From an uncultured Clostridia bacterium (GTDB lineage Bacteria > Bacillota > Clostridia > Christensenellales > UBA1242): a DNA stretch of 64,000 nucleotides. This document shows, in pieces, positions 45,495 through 53,557 of the stretch. Within the stretch, counting starts at the first letter, position 1; every line of letters starts with the position of its first letter. The notes below the pieces were generated by a model that saw only the letters and a list, made by a program, of their open reading frames with translations, made no database searches and had not been told where the DNA came from. The position numbers were made by a program, and so were the translations under genes. The DNA is taken from NCBI GenBank assembly GCA_944383375.1, contig CALWPG010000005.1, forward strand, positions 24,982-88,981, given 5' to 3'.

Positions 45495-46415
45495 ATGAAA
45501 AATATTAATATATACTCTGAATTTGAATTTTTGATTGAGGTTGATGGCAAGCGCTTGAATCTGATGCCGTCAAATCACATAGAGATTGACAATGCCTTGG
45601 ATAATGTAACTATAATGGCATATCCCCTGCAACAAAAAAGTTTATCAATTCCTTTTGCTTTTTCTCTTAGTAATACCCACCAAGATGTGGTGTGCAATAC
45701 AAAAAATGTCAAGGTGTATAATTTCAAAAATAGATGTGATGTATTTTTATCACCTTTTTTAATACCAAGCACCACTTGCCTTTACACCAATTCTCACACT
45801 ATAAAAAATACAAGATATTTAGTTTGCGTTTATGAGGATAGAGTAAAAATATCTTCAAATAAAGGAGAATACACACATCATATAATGTGCAAAGAAGGAC
45901 AAAGCGAAATAAATGGTTCAGATATATACATTTTGGTCAAAGATAGAAAAAAAACTCTATTGTGCTTTGATACAACAAATGCTACGTTTAAAAGTGTCAG
46001 TGGTGACAGAATAGATATATCCGATAATGAAATTGTTGTAGAGCAAAATGCCAACGACATGGCAAAACATGTTAACATATTAAAATTCAAACCCAACCTT
46101 GAAAAGTTAAAAACTGAAATTTACAAAGATGAAAATCGTGCCAGAACTTGTTCAAACCAAAATCTTATACCCTACAACTTTTTTGAATCAATTATGTGTC
46201 AAGACAAACAACAAGCTTTTTCAATGCTCTCTGATAATTTGCAAGATGCACTGAAAAATCAGGACATCTTTGAATTTTTTGGAGAATTTGATAAAATCAA
46301 TATCACATCACTAAACCCTTTGATTTACACTTTATATTCTAATGACATTGCCAAGGACTATAAAATTCAGGTTGTTGAAAACAAAATAACAGAAATTGAA
46401 GATGTTAATTCATAA
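45495..46415 (+). CDS. Hypothetical 306-aa protein
   Basis: Long ORF divergent from the Myb-like gene. No clear RBS for either candidate start (TTG 45462 or ATG 45495). No recognised domain. Confidence 0.45.
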   Translation: MKNINIYSEFEFLIEVDGKRLNLMPSNHIEIDNALDNVTIMAYPLQQKSLSIPFAFSLSNTHQDVVCNTKNVKVYNFKNRCDVFLSPFLIPSTTCLYTNSHTIKNTRYLVCVYEDRVKISSNKGEYTHHIMCKEGQSEINGSDIYILVKDRKKTLLCFDTTNATFKSVSGDRIDISDNEIVVEQNANDMAKHVNILKFKPNLEKLKTEIYKDENRARTCSNQNLIPYNFFESIMCQDKQQAFSMLSDNLQDALKNQDIFEFFGEFDKINITSLNPLIYTLYSNDIAKDYKIQVVENKITEIEDVNS

Positions 46416-46510
46416 TAATGAATAATTATTTTATGATAATAAAAAATATATCCATAATTATGTTGCATAATTTACTAAAATAGTATATTATTTCAACAAA
46501 AGGAGAAGTT

Positions 46511-47482
46511 ATGGATAATTTTTTATATAATCTTAAGTGCTTGTCCGAGATATACTCTCAAAAAGATATATCTCAAAAGACTGGATATTCTGCAAGCAGC
46601 ATAAATAACTACTTGAGTGGGAAAAGTCAACCATCAGCACAGTTTTTACTAAAACTCAAAGATGCCTACAAAATTGACATTGACCAATTTCTAAGCACTA
46701 AAATGGACAAAAATAATTTCATGGCTTCAAAATTAAACTATAGAAAATTTTTGGGAAGCTACATTGTATATTACTACAACTCCAGCGCCTACAAGGGTAA
46801 GGTAACAAGTTATAATTATGATGTATTGACTTTTGGTGTAATAACTATTATTGATGACATCGACTACACGGCGCCAAAAGGCATTTTTGCAAACGGGCTT
46901 TTTATGCTTACAAGGATGGAAGCAGAAAAATACCTGCAAACATTGGAAAGTTTCAATGGTGACATTGAAAAAATAAAGGCATTTTACAAAACTTTCCAAG
47001 GATATTATTATGGCAACTTGGAACAAAATGCCACTCAGCTTTTTATAAGCCTGGCAAACAACAACGACAAATGTCTAATTATCTTAAACAATCCACCTTC
47101 AACAAAAAAATATCGTGGAGGTATTGGCACTGTAAATTCAATTTCACGAGGCAGAGAACAAGTTCCTTGTGTTCAATATATTTTGCTTTCAAATGTTCCA
47201 TTTACCATTCCAGATGGCGAGATATACAACCTTCTCACCCTGGGAGTGGGTGATATAAATGTGAAAAATGAAACCAATGCACTCATGGACCTTTTAACCA
47301 ACTTGTATCTTGAAAACCAAGATATGGGACTAAACGATTATCAAAAACGCAAGATAATTGAAGACAGTATTAAAAACATAGTAGAAAATGCAGTTGAGGC
47401 AAATTTGTTTAGGTTTGCCAAAGTTAGCAACATGGAAGATGATCAATACTATAGACTCATAAAGGATGCCAACTATGAATGA
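46511..47482 (+). CDS. XRE-family HTH protein with an unassigned ~250-aa C-terminal domain
   Basis: N-terminus LKCLSEIYSQKDISQKTGYSASSINNYLSGKSQPSAQFLLKLKDAYKIDIDQFL is a Cro/C1-type HTH. RBS AAAGGAGAAGTT. Confidence 0.7.
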   Translation: MDNFLYNLKCLSEIYSQKDISQKTGYSASSINNYLSGKSQPSAQFLLKLKDAYKIDIDQFLSTKMDKNNFMASKLNYRKFLGSYIVYYYNSSAYKGKVTSYNYDVLTFGVITIIDDIDYTAPKGIFANGLFMLTRMEAEKYLQTLESFNGDIEKIKAFYKTFQGYYYGNLEQNATQLFISLANNNDKCLIILNNPPSTKKYRGGIGTVNSISRGREQVPCVQYILLSNVPFTIPDGEIYNLLTLGVGDINVKNETNALMDLLTNLYLENQDMGLNDYQKRKIIEDSIKNIVENAVEANLFRFAKVSNMEDDQYYRLIKDANYE

Positions 47483-48929
47483 TTATAAAAGTTTATTCGA
47501 TGAGATAATTTCTCATCTCAAACAAAAAAATAGTGTGGATGTGTCCAATGTTGTAAAGGCATTTAAGTTTGCCGAGGAAAAACATGAAAACCAAACAAGA
47601 AAAGACGGCTCACCATACATCGTCCATCCGGTTGAAGTTGCAAAAATTATTGAGGAGAGAGATTTTAACACGGACGTAATTTGTTCTGCCCTGCTTCATG
47701 ACACAGTTGAAGACTGCAATGTCTCCATTGATGAAATACGAACAATGTTTAACGACCAAGTGGCACAAATCGTAGATGCCGTCACAGCAATTGAAAAAGA
47801 CAATTTTTTGCCCGACAGTGAAAATATATATTCGGATACAAAAGATTTTTTAAAACAAGCCCTTGAAGATAAAACATATCAAAAACTCATATCCATTGGA
47901 AAAATGAATAAATTTGGTTTTTACATCAAGTTTGCCGATAGATTAAATAATTTGAACACCATAGCATGTTTCCCTAAATATAAAAAAGAAGCAAAGATAC
48001 TGGAAACAGAAAAGTGGCTTATACCACTTGCAAAATTACTTAAAAGCAAATATTTCTACACACAACTTCAAAATGGTTGTTTTTGCGTACGACACGAAGA
48101 TGACAATATATTTTTTAAGTATCTTGAAAAATATATTGAAAATATGAAAAACTATGTCAAAAATATGTGCCAAACACTTGAATATGAACTTGACTTTTAT
48201 TTTAAAACTGCAAACGAAAATAAAATAAATAAAATAATCTATAGTCAGAAAACACCGTATGAAGTTTACTATTCAATTTCTAAGCATTACTTAACAAAAA
48301 ATTTGTCTTCTGTTAAAGAAAGTAACTTCATAAGTGTACCACTTTTTGACATCTACATAATAACCCAAGAAGATACGAATAGAGAACTTGGAAGCATTTA
48401 TAAAGCACTGGAACAATTCTCTTTGAAAGACAACTTCAAAGTAATAGGCATTGAAAGAGATATATTTTCAAATGCATCTCTCGTAATTAAAGATAAAATA
48501 CGAAACCTATTTAACTTGCACTTTTTATCAAAACGTGAATACACCGAAATGCAAAATGGAACAACAGACGGCACCGACATAGATGCGCTTGATGAAACAA
48601 ACTCAGGTGGTGTTGATGAAAGTTTCATCACCGTTTTCACACCTCAAAATGAGCAGGTCAAACTTCCTGAAAAAAGCACAGTTTTGGATTTTGCTTTCAA
48701 ACTACACAGCGATATCGGCTTTTCTGCACTTTATGCATACATAAATGATTCACCAAATAAATCCCCTATCTACACTCGTCTGCACAATGGCGACAAGATA
48801 AACGTTGTTTGTCAACTTGACTCAAATGAAATGAATCAAAATATTGCCGAGCTTAGATGGCTTGCCTATTGCAAAAATGAAAGCACACAAAGAATTCTTA
48901 TCAAATACTTTGAAAGAAAATATACATAA
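47475..48929 (+). CDS. RelA/SpoT homolog: HD hydrolase domain, degenerate synthetase-like region, TGS domain; lacks the C-terminal regulatory domains
   Basis: HD motifs (GSPYIVHPVEVAKII, ALLHDTVEDC, FADRLNNLNT) and a TGS-like ITVFTPQNEQVKLPEKSTVLDFAFKLHSDIG. 8-nt ATGAATGA overlap with the XRE gene. Confidence 0.7.
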   Translation: MNDYKSLFDEIISHLKQKNSVDVSNVVKAFKFAEEKHENQTRKDGSPYIVHPVEVAKIIEERDFNTDVICSALLHDTVEDCNVSIDEIRTMFNDQVAQIVDAVTAIEKDNFLPDSENIYSDTKDFLKQALEDKTYQKLISIGKMNKFGFYIKFADRLNNLNTIACFPKYKKEAKILETEKWLIPLAKLLKSKYFYTQLQNGCFCVRHEDDNIFFKYLEKYIENMKNYVKNMCQTLEYELDFYFKTANENKINKIIYSQKTPYEVYYSISKHYLTKNLSSVKESNFISVPLFDIYIITQEDTNRELGSIYKALEQFSLKDNFKVIGIERDIFSNASLVIKDKIRNLFNLHFLSKREYTEMQNGTTDGTDIDALDETNSGGVDESFITVFTPQNEQVKLPEKSTVLDFAFKLHSDIGFSALYAYINDSPNKSPIYTRLHNGDKINVVCQLDSNEMNQNIAELRWLAYCKNESTQRILIKYFERKYT

Positions 48930-48934
48930 AAAAG

Positions 48935-48980
48935 TTGACAATAATAAGGCATTGTCATATCATAGATTGACACAGTGTCA
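48935..48980 (+). promoter_or_regulatory. Promoter with candidate TetR operator palindromes
   Basis: TTGACA (48935-40), 17 nt, TATCAT (48958-63). Inverted repeat TGACAAT-n8-ATTGTCA spans the -35 box and spacer. Perfect palindrome TGACACaGTGTCA at 48968-48980, just downstream of the -10 box. Confidence 0.5.
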
Positions 48981-48991
48981 TTGGAGTAAAC

Positions 48992-49573
48992 ATGCCTAAT
49001 AGTCAATTTTTTAATTTACCTAGTGAGAAACAAAAAGTAATTTTGGATTGTGCTTTTCGTGAGTTTAGTGAAAACACCTTTGATAAAGCATCAATTTTTT
49101 CAATTGCCCAAAAGTGCAATATCTCACGTTCTTCAATTTATTGTTACTTTAAAGACAAAGATGACATATATAAATATTTGGTATATTGCTTCATGAAGCC
49201 TCAGATAGACACTATGGAAAGTTATAAAGAAAGACCATTGTTTTTCTTACCTAAGAATTTATTTGAATATCTTTTGTCCTTTTATGGCACTGATAAACAA
49301 AATTTTGTGGAAAAATTACTAAAAAACATGAATCCAGAAAACATTCATTACATCGCACATGAACTTAAACATTCACCACTGGTTGTAAATGAAAATAATA
49401 TTGACAACAAAACTAAATATGACCTGTACATCGTGTCTGCGATAATTATAGGAAATATAAGTATTGCAATATCTTGCTATTTTGAAGGAAAATTTACTAA
49501 ACAACAAGCACAAGAATATTTTGACAGGGCTCTTGAGATATTAAAAGAGGGCGCTTTGGGAGGAAAAGGATGA
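48992..49573 (+). CDS. TetR/AcrR-family transcriptional regulator
   Basis: N-terminal HTH (FREFSENTFDKASIFSIAQKCNISRSSIYCYFKDKDDIY). ATGA overlap with the downstream ABC gene. Confidence 0.8.
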   Translation: MPNSQFFNLPSEKQKVILDCAFREFSENTFDKASIFSIAQKCNISRSSIYCYFKDKDDIYKYLVYCFMKPQIDTMESYKERPLFFLPKNLFEYLLSFYGTDKQNFVEKLLKNMNPENIHYIAHELKHSPLVVNENNIDNKTKYDLYIVSAIIIGNISIAISCYFEGKFTKQQAQEYFDRALEILKEGALGGKG

Positions 49574-52119
49574 TCAAGATTACAGATATAGTTAAAGATT
49601 ACAAAGCTGGCGACAGTGTCGTTCACGCGCTTAAAGGTGTCAGTTTGACTTTTAGAGAAAATGAATTCGTGTCCATTTTGGGTCCAAGTGGATGCGGCAA
49701 GACCACACTTTTAAATGTTTTGGGTGGTTTGGACAGGTACACAAGTGGCGAAATTGAAATCAATGGCAAATCCACCAAACTTTTTCGTGACAAGGATTGG
49801 GACGCATACAGAAATCACTATATAGGTTTTATATTTCAATCATACAATTTGATCCCCCACCTGAGCGTGCTCGAAAATGTTGAAATAGCACTGACCATTG
49901 CAGGTCTAGACAAAAAAACAAAGCGTGCACGAGCAGTCGAGGCTTTAAATAGAGTTGGCCTTGGCGACCAACTAAACAAAAGACCAAATCAACTTTCTGG
50001 TGGTCAGATGCAAAGAGTTGCAATAGCAAGAGCAATAGTCAACAATCCAAAGATCATACTTGCAGATGAACCAACAGGTGCGTTGGATTCAAAAACAAGC
50101 AAACAAATCATGGAGCTATTAAAAGAAATAGCCGGAGATCACCTTATAATAATGGTCACACACAATAGTGACTTGGCGAAAAAATATTCTTCAAGAATAA
50201 TTAAACTTTTGGATGGTGAAATAAAAAGCGACTCCAATCCATATGTTGAGGAAAAAGATACCCAAAAATTAGAACAAAACACAGAAAATCCCAAAGAAGA
50301 TGAAAAAGTGACAAAAAAATCCAAGAAAAACAAAAGTTCAATGGGATTTTTCACGGCGTTCATGCTGTCACTTAAAAACTTACTCAGCAAAAAAGGCAGA
50401 ACATTTATGACCAGTTTTGCAGGAAGCATTGGCATCATTGGCATAGCCTTGGTACTCGCAGTTTCAAATGGTTTTTCAATCTACATAAATGATCTTCAAT
50501 CAAGCACTTTGGCTGGCTACCCTATCGCCATTTCAACTGTCACGGTGAACATGGATAGCATATCTCAGGTCATCTCAAGTGATGATAGTGGCGAGCAGAT
50601 GGAAGAATATCCTGACGATGATATGATATACTCATATAATATGGTTACAGACCTTGCTCAGTTTAGTCAGTACAACTTTATTTCTCCTCAGTTTATAGAG
50701 TATATGCAGGCATATGAACTTGAAGATAGTCAAAAATCTGAAAGCCAAAAGACACTCAGTGACATAGAATATTCCTACGCATCAAACATACCTGTGTTTA
50801 CAAAAAATTCCTCGGGAAATGTAATCAAAGTCGATGCAAGTCTAGCCACAAGCGTTCTGGGCGGATCACAATCAGGAGTTTTTAGTGAAGGTCTTTCAAA
50901 CGATGAATTTGTTCAATCAAAATACGATTGCATCGCCGGAGAGTACCCAAGCGAAATGACAGACCTTGCACTTGTGGTCGACTCCTATAATAGAGTTCCT
51001 CAGTCTACACTTCAAACTTTAGGTGTTGATATTTCGCGATCATCTTTCACTTTTGATGAGCTGATTGGAAAAGAATACAAGGTTTTTTTGAATGATATAT
51101 ATTACACTGCTGGCGAAAATAACCAATTCAAAACTATTGATGATAACCAAGACCTCATAAACTCCTACTTCAACGAAAGTCAAAATCAAGATATCTTAGA
51201 TAACATTGTCACCTGCAAGATATCTTGCGTGCTCAGAATAAAAGAGGATAATCCAACTTCACTTTATGGTGAAGGCATAAAATATTCTCCAAAACTTACT
51301 ACATATTTAAGACAAAAAAACAAAGACTCACAAATTGTGCAAGCGCAGCTTAACAACCAAATAGATTTTATTATTCCATTTGAATTTGGAGTTTCCGAGC
51401 TTGGCACAACCTTTCGATTTGAATCAATCACAAACCCAGATCCAACCAAGGGACTGATATCTTTTGCGAAACTTATGTACAACGTCGATCTAACCATAGC
51501 CCAAGCTCAGCAGTACGGACTTCAAATGTTGGGTGCAAGTGACATTCCTGTTTCCATACAGTTGTATCCAACCAATTTTGATGCTAAAGATGAAATCACA
51601 TCATACATTTCTGCCTGGAATAGAATGGAAGGCAATGAAAATAACCAAATAGTTTACAGTGATCGAACAGCATTTTTGACCTCAACCATGGGACAGATGG
51701 TGGACATCATCAGTTATGTTTTGATCGCCTTTGCCTCAATCTCATTGATAGTTTCTTCAATCATGATATCCATAATAACATATGTATCCGTCATCGAGCG
51801 CACAAAAGAAATTGGCGTACTTCGTAGCATCGGCGCAAGAAAAAAAGATATCTCGCGAGTATTCAATGCAGAAACACTTATCATAGGATTGTGCTCTGGA
51901 ATTTTGGGAGTGGCTGTCAGCTACATATTAACCATACCAATCAGTGCAATAGTTCGCGCAGTTGCCGGTGGAGTGATATCAACAAATATCGCCGTCCTGG
52001 CACCAATCAGTGCAGTTATTCTTGTAGTGATCAGTGTTGTTTTGACAGTGGTTGCAGGCTTTATTCCAGCCAAAATGGCAGCAAAAAAGGACCCTGTCAA
52101 GGCCCTTAGAAGTGAGTAA
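49570..52119 (+). CDS. Fused ABC ATPase / FtsX-type permease (MacB-like exporter)
   Basis: GPSGCGKTT, LSGGQMQRVAIARA and ILADEPTGALD in the N-terminal domain. A large extracytoplasmic domain between TM1 and TM2. C-terminal FtsX-type helices (ERTKEIGVLRSIGA). Confidence 0.9.
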   Translation: MIKITDIVKDYKAGDSVVHALKGVSLTFRENEFVSILGPSGCGKTTLLNVLGGLDRYTSGEIEINGKSTKLFRDKDWDAYRNHYIGFIFQSYNLIPHLSVLENVEIALTIAGLDKKTKRARAVEALNRVGLGDQLNKRPNQLSGGQMQRVAIARAIVNNPKIILADEPTGALDSKTSKQIMELLKEIAGDHLIIMVTHNSDLAKKYSSRIIKLLDGEIKSDSNPYVEEKDTQKLEQNTENPKEDEKVTKKSKKNKSSMGFFTAFMLSLKNLLSKKGRTFMTSFAGSIGIIGIALVLAVSNGFSIYINDLQSSTLAGYPIAISTVTVNMDSISQVISSDDSGEQMEEYPDDDMIYSYNMVTDLAQFSQYNFISPQFIEYMQAYELEDSQKSESQKTLSDIEYSYASNIPVFTKNSSGNVIKVDASLATSVLGGSQSGVFSEGLSNDEFVQSKYDCIAGEYPSEMTDLALVVDSYNRVPQSTLQTLGVDISRSSFTFDELIGKEYKVFLNDIYYTAGENNQFKTIDDNQDLINSYFNESQNQDILDNIVTCKISCVLRIKEDNPTSLYGEGIKYSPKLTTYLRQKNKDSQIVQAQLNNQIDFIIPFEFGVSELGTTFRFESITNPDPTKGLISFAKLMYNVDLTIAQAQQYGLQMLGASDIPVSIQLYPTNFDAKDEITSYISAWNRMEGNENNQIVYSDRTAFLTSTMGQMVDIISYVLIAFASISLIVSSIMISIITYVSVIERTKEIGVLRSIGARKKDISRVFNAETLIIGLCSGILGVAVSYILTIPISAIVRAVAGGVISTNIAVLAPISAVILVVISVVLTVVAGFIPAKMAAKKDPVKALRSE

Positions 52120-52135
52120 AGATTTGAAAAGTATC

Positions 52136-52702
52136 TTAATGTTCATTTTGATTTAAGCTAATTTTATCTTTTCTGATTTTACTAATTACATCAGAAAAAT
52201 TCTCACGCAACTCATTGTTGAGTTTTTCTTGATATGCGTCAACCTTCTCTTTTGGAATTTCTTCACGCATGTCCTCTAACTTCTGCTTAATGACACTTAG
52301 TGCTGTTCTGAAAAATTTCTTATCTAGTGACAACTTCTTTTCTATTTTAAAAATATTTCTTGGATTTTTGTAGATCTCTCTAAAAAAATCCCCTTGTTCT
52401 TTTTCCCACAGATTTTGATATCTGTCTATGTATTTGAACTGACCACCAATCATCACTACAGCCAAACCTCTATTAAAGGAATAGGCTTTTTCAAATTTTA
52501 TTCCAAAAAAATTTGCATCTTTGTCGACATAAGTCCAGATATTATCACCAAGCTGTACAGTTGCAAAACCTCCACTAAAACTTCGAGCAAAAATAAAGAC
52601 TCCATTTTTGCCAAAAGAATCACGCCAAAGTGTACCATCTTCTTCTTTAAACGTCCATTTACCATTTATTAACAGTATTGGTTTTGGATAATTTTCGTTC
52701 AT
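52136..52702 (-). CDS. Short WG-repeat protein with the family C-terminal module
   Basis: MNENYPKPILLINGKWTF..., 2-3 WG-like repeats, and C-terminal FFRTALSVIKQKLEDMREEIPKEK. Confidence 0.7.
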   Translation of the reverse strand: MNENYPKPILLINGKWTFKEEDGTLWRDSFGKNGVFIFARSFSGGFATVQLGDNIWTYVDKDANFFGIKFEKAYSFNRGLAVVMIGGQFKYIDRYQNLWEKEQGDFFREIYKNPRNIFKIEKKLSLDKKFFRTALSVIKQKLEDMREEIPKEKVDAYQEKLNNELRENFSDVISKIRKDKISLNQNEH

Positions 52703-52728
52703 TATCTTCTCCTAAAAACTAAATCTAA

Positions 52729-53502
52729 TCAATGTTCTTTGTCTTGATTGGTATTTTTTATATCATACCTTATCGCATCAATCACTACAGCAAACTTACA
52801 CTTGATCTCTTCATTTAGATTTTCTCTGTATTCGTCAACCTCTTCTTCTGACATTTCTTCACGCATGTCCTCTAACTTTTGTTTGATCACGCTAAGTGCC
52901 GTTCTGAAAAACTTTTTGTCAAATACCAAACTTTCTTCAATTTCATAAATATGTTCTGGCTTATCATAAATTGCTCTGAAAAGCGTCGCATAATTATCAT
53001 CCCATAAGTTTTGATACTTGTCTATATTTTTCCGTTCTCCATCAAATACAACTACGGCTAAGCCTTTGTAAAAAGAAGAAGCAAATTCAAACTTTTCTTT
53101 AAAAAAGTTTGCTTTTTTGTCAACAAACGTCCAGCTATCATCAAACAATCTTACTCTTGCAAAACCGCAATAAAAATCAAAGATATCTTTAAAGCGTTGT
53201 TTCATCAGTTTGTCATTTTTGTCGACAAATGTCCAACTTCCATCTTTTAATTGCACTCTGGCAACACCATTGTAAAAATTGTCTTGAAAGCAAAAACTGT
53301 TTTTAAATAGATTGCAATTAGTATCAACATAGGTGTGAGTTCCGTCTTTTAAATACACAATTGCCAACCCCTCACGAAAATCAGAGGCATCTTTAAACAC
53401 ACCCTTTTCACCATAAATGTCACTCCAAAGCGTTCCATTTGGATTTTTAAAGGTCCATTTACCATTTTTTAATTTAACTGGCTGTATTTTGTTTTCTTGC
53501 AT
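52729..53502 (-). CDS. WG-repeat protein with the family C-terminal module
   Basis: MQENKIQPVKLKNGKWTF..., 4-5 repeats (FREGLAIVYLKDGTHTYVD, FYNGVARVQLKDGSWTFVD, FYCGFARVRLFDDSWTFVD), and C-terminal FFRTALSVIKQKLEDMREEMSEEE. Confidence 0.8.
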   Translation of the reverse strand: MQENKIQPVKLKNGKWTFKNPNGTLWSDIYGEKGVFKDASDFREGLAIVYLKDGTHTYVDTNCNLFKNSFCFQDNFYNGVARVQLKDGSWTFVDKNDKLMKQRFKDIFDFYCGFARVRLFDDSWTFVDKKANFFKEKFEFASSFYKGLAVVVFDGERKNIDKYQNLWDDNYATLFRAIYDKPEHIYEIEESLVFDKKFFRTALSVIKQKLEDMREEMSEEEVDEYRENLNEEIKCKFAVVIDAIRYDIKNTNQDKEH

Positions 53503-53557
53503 TTTTTTCTCTTAAAAATATTATACCTGCTTATGCCAAAAAGTCAATACCAGATAA

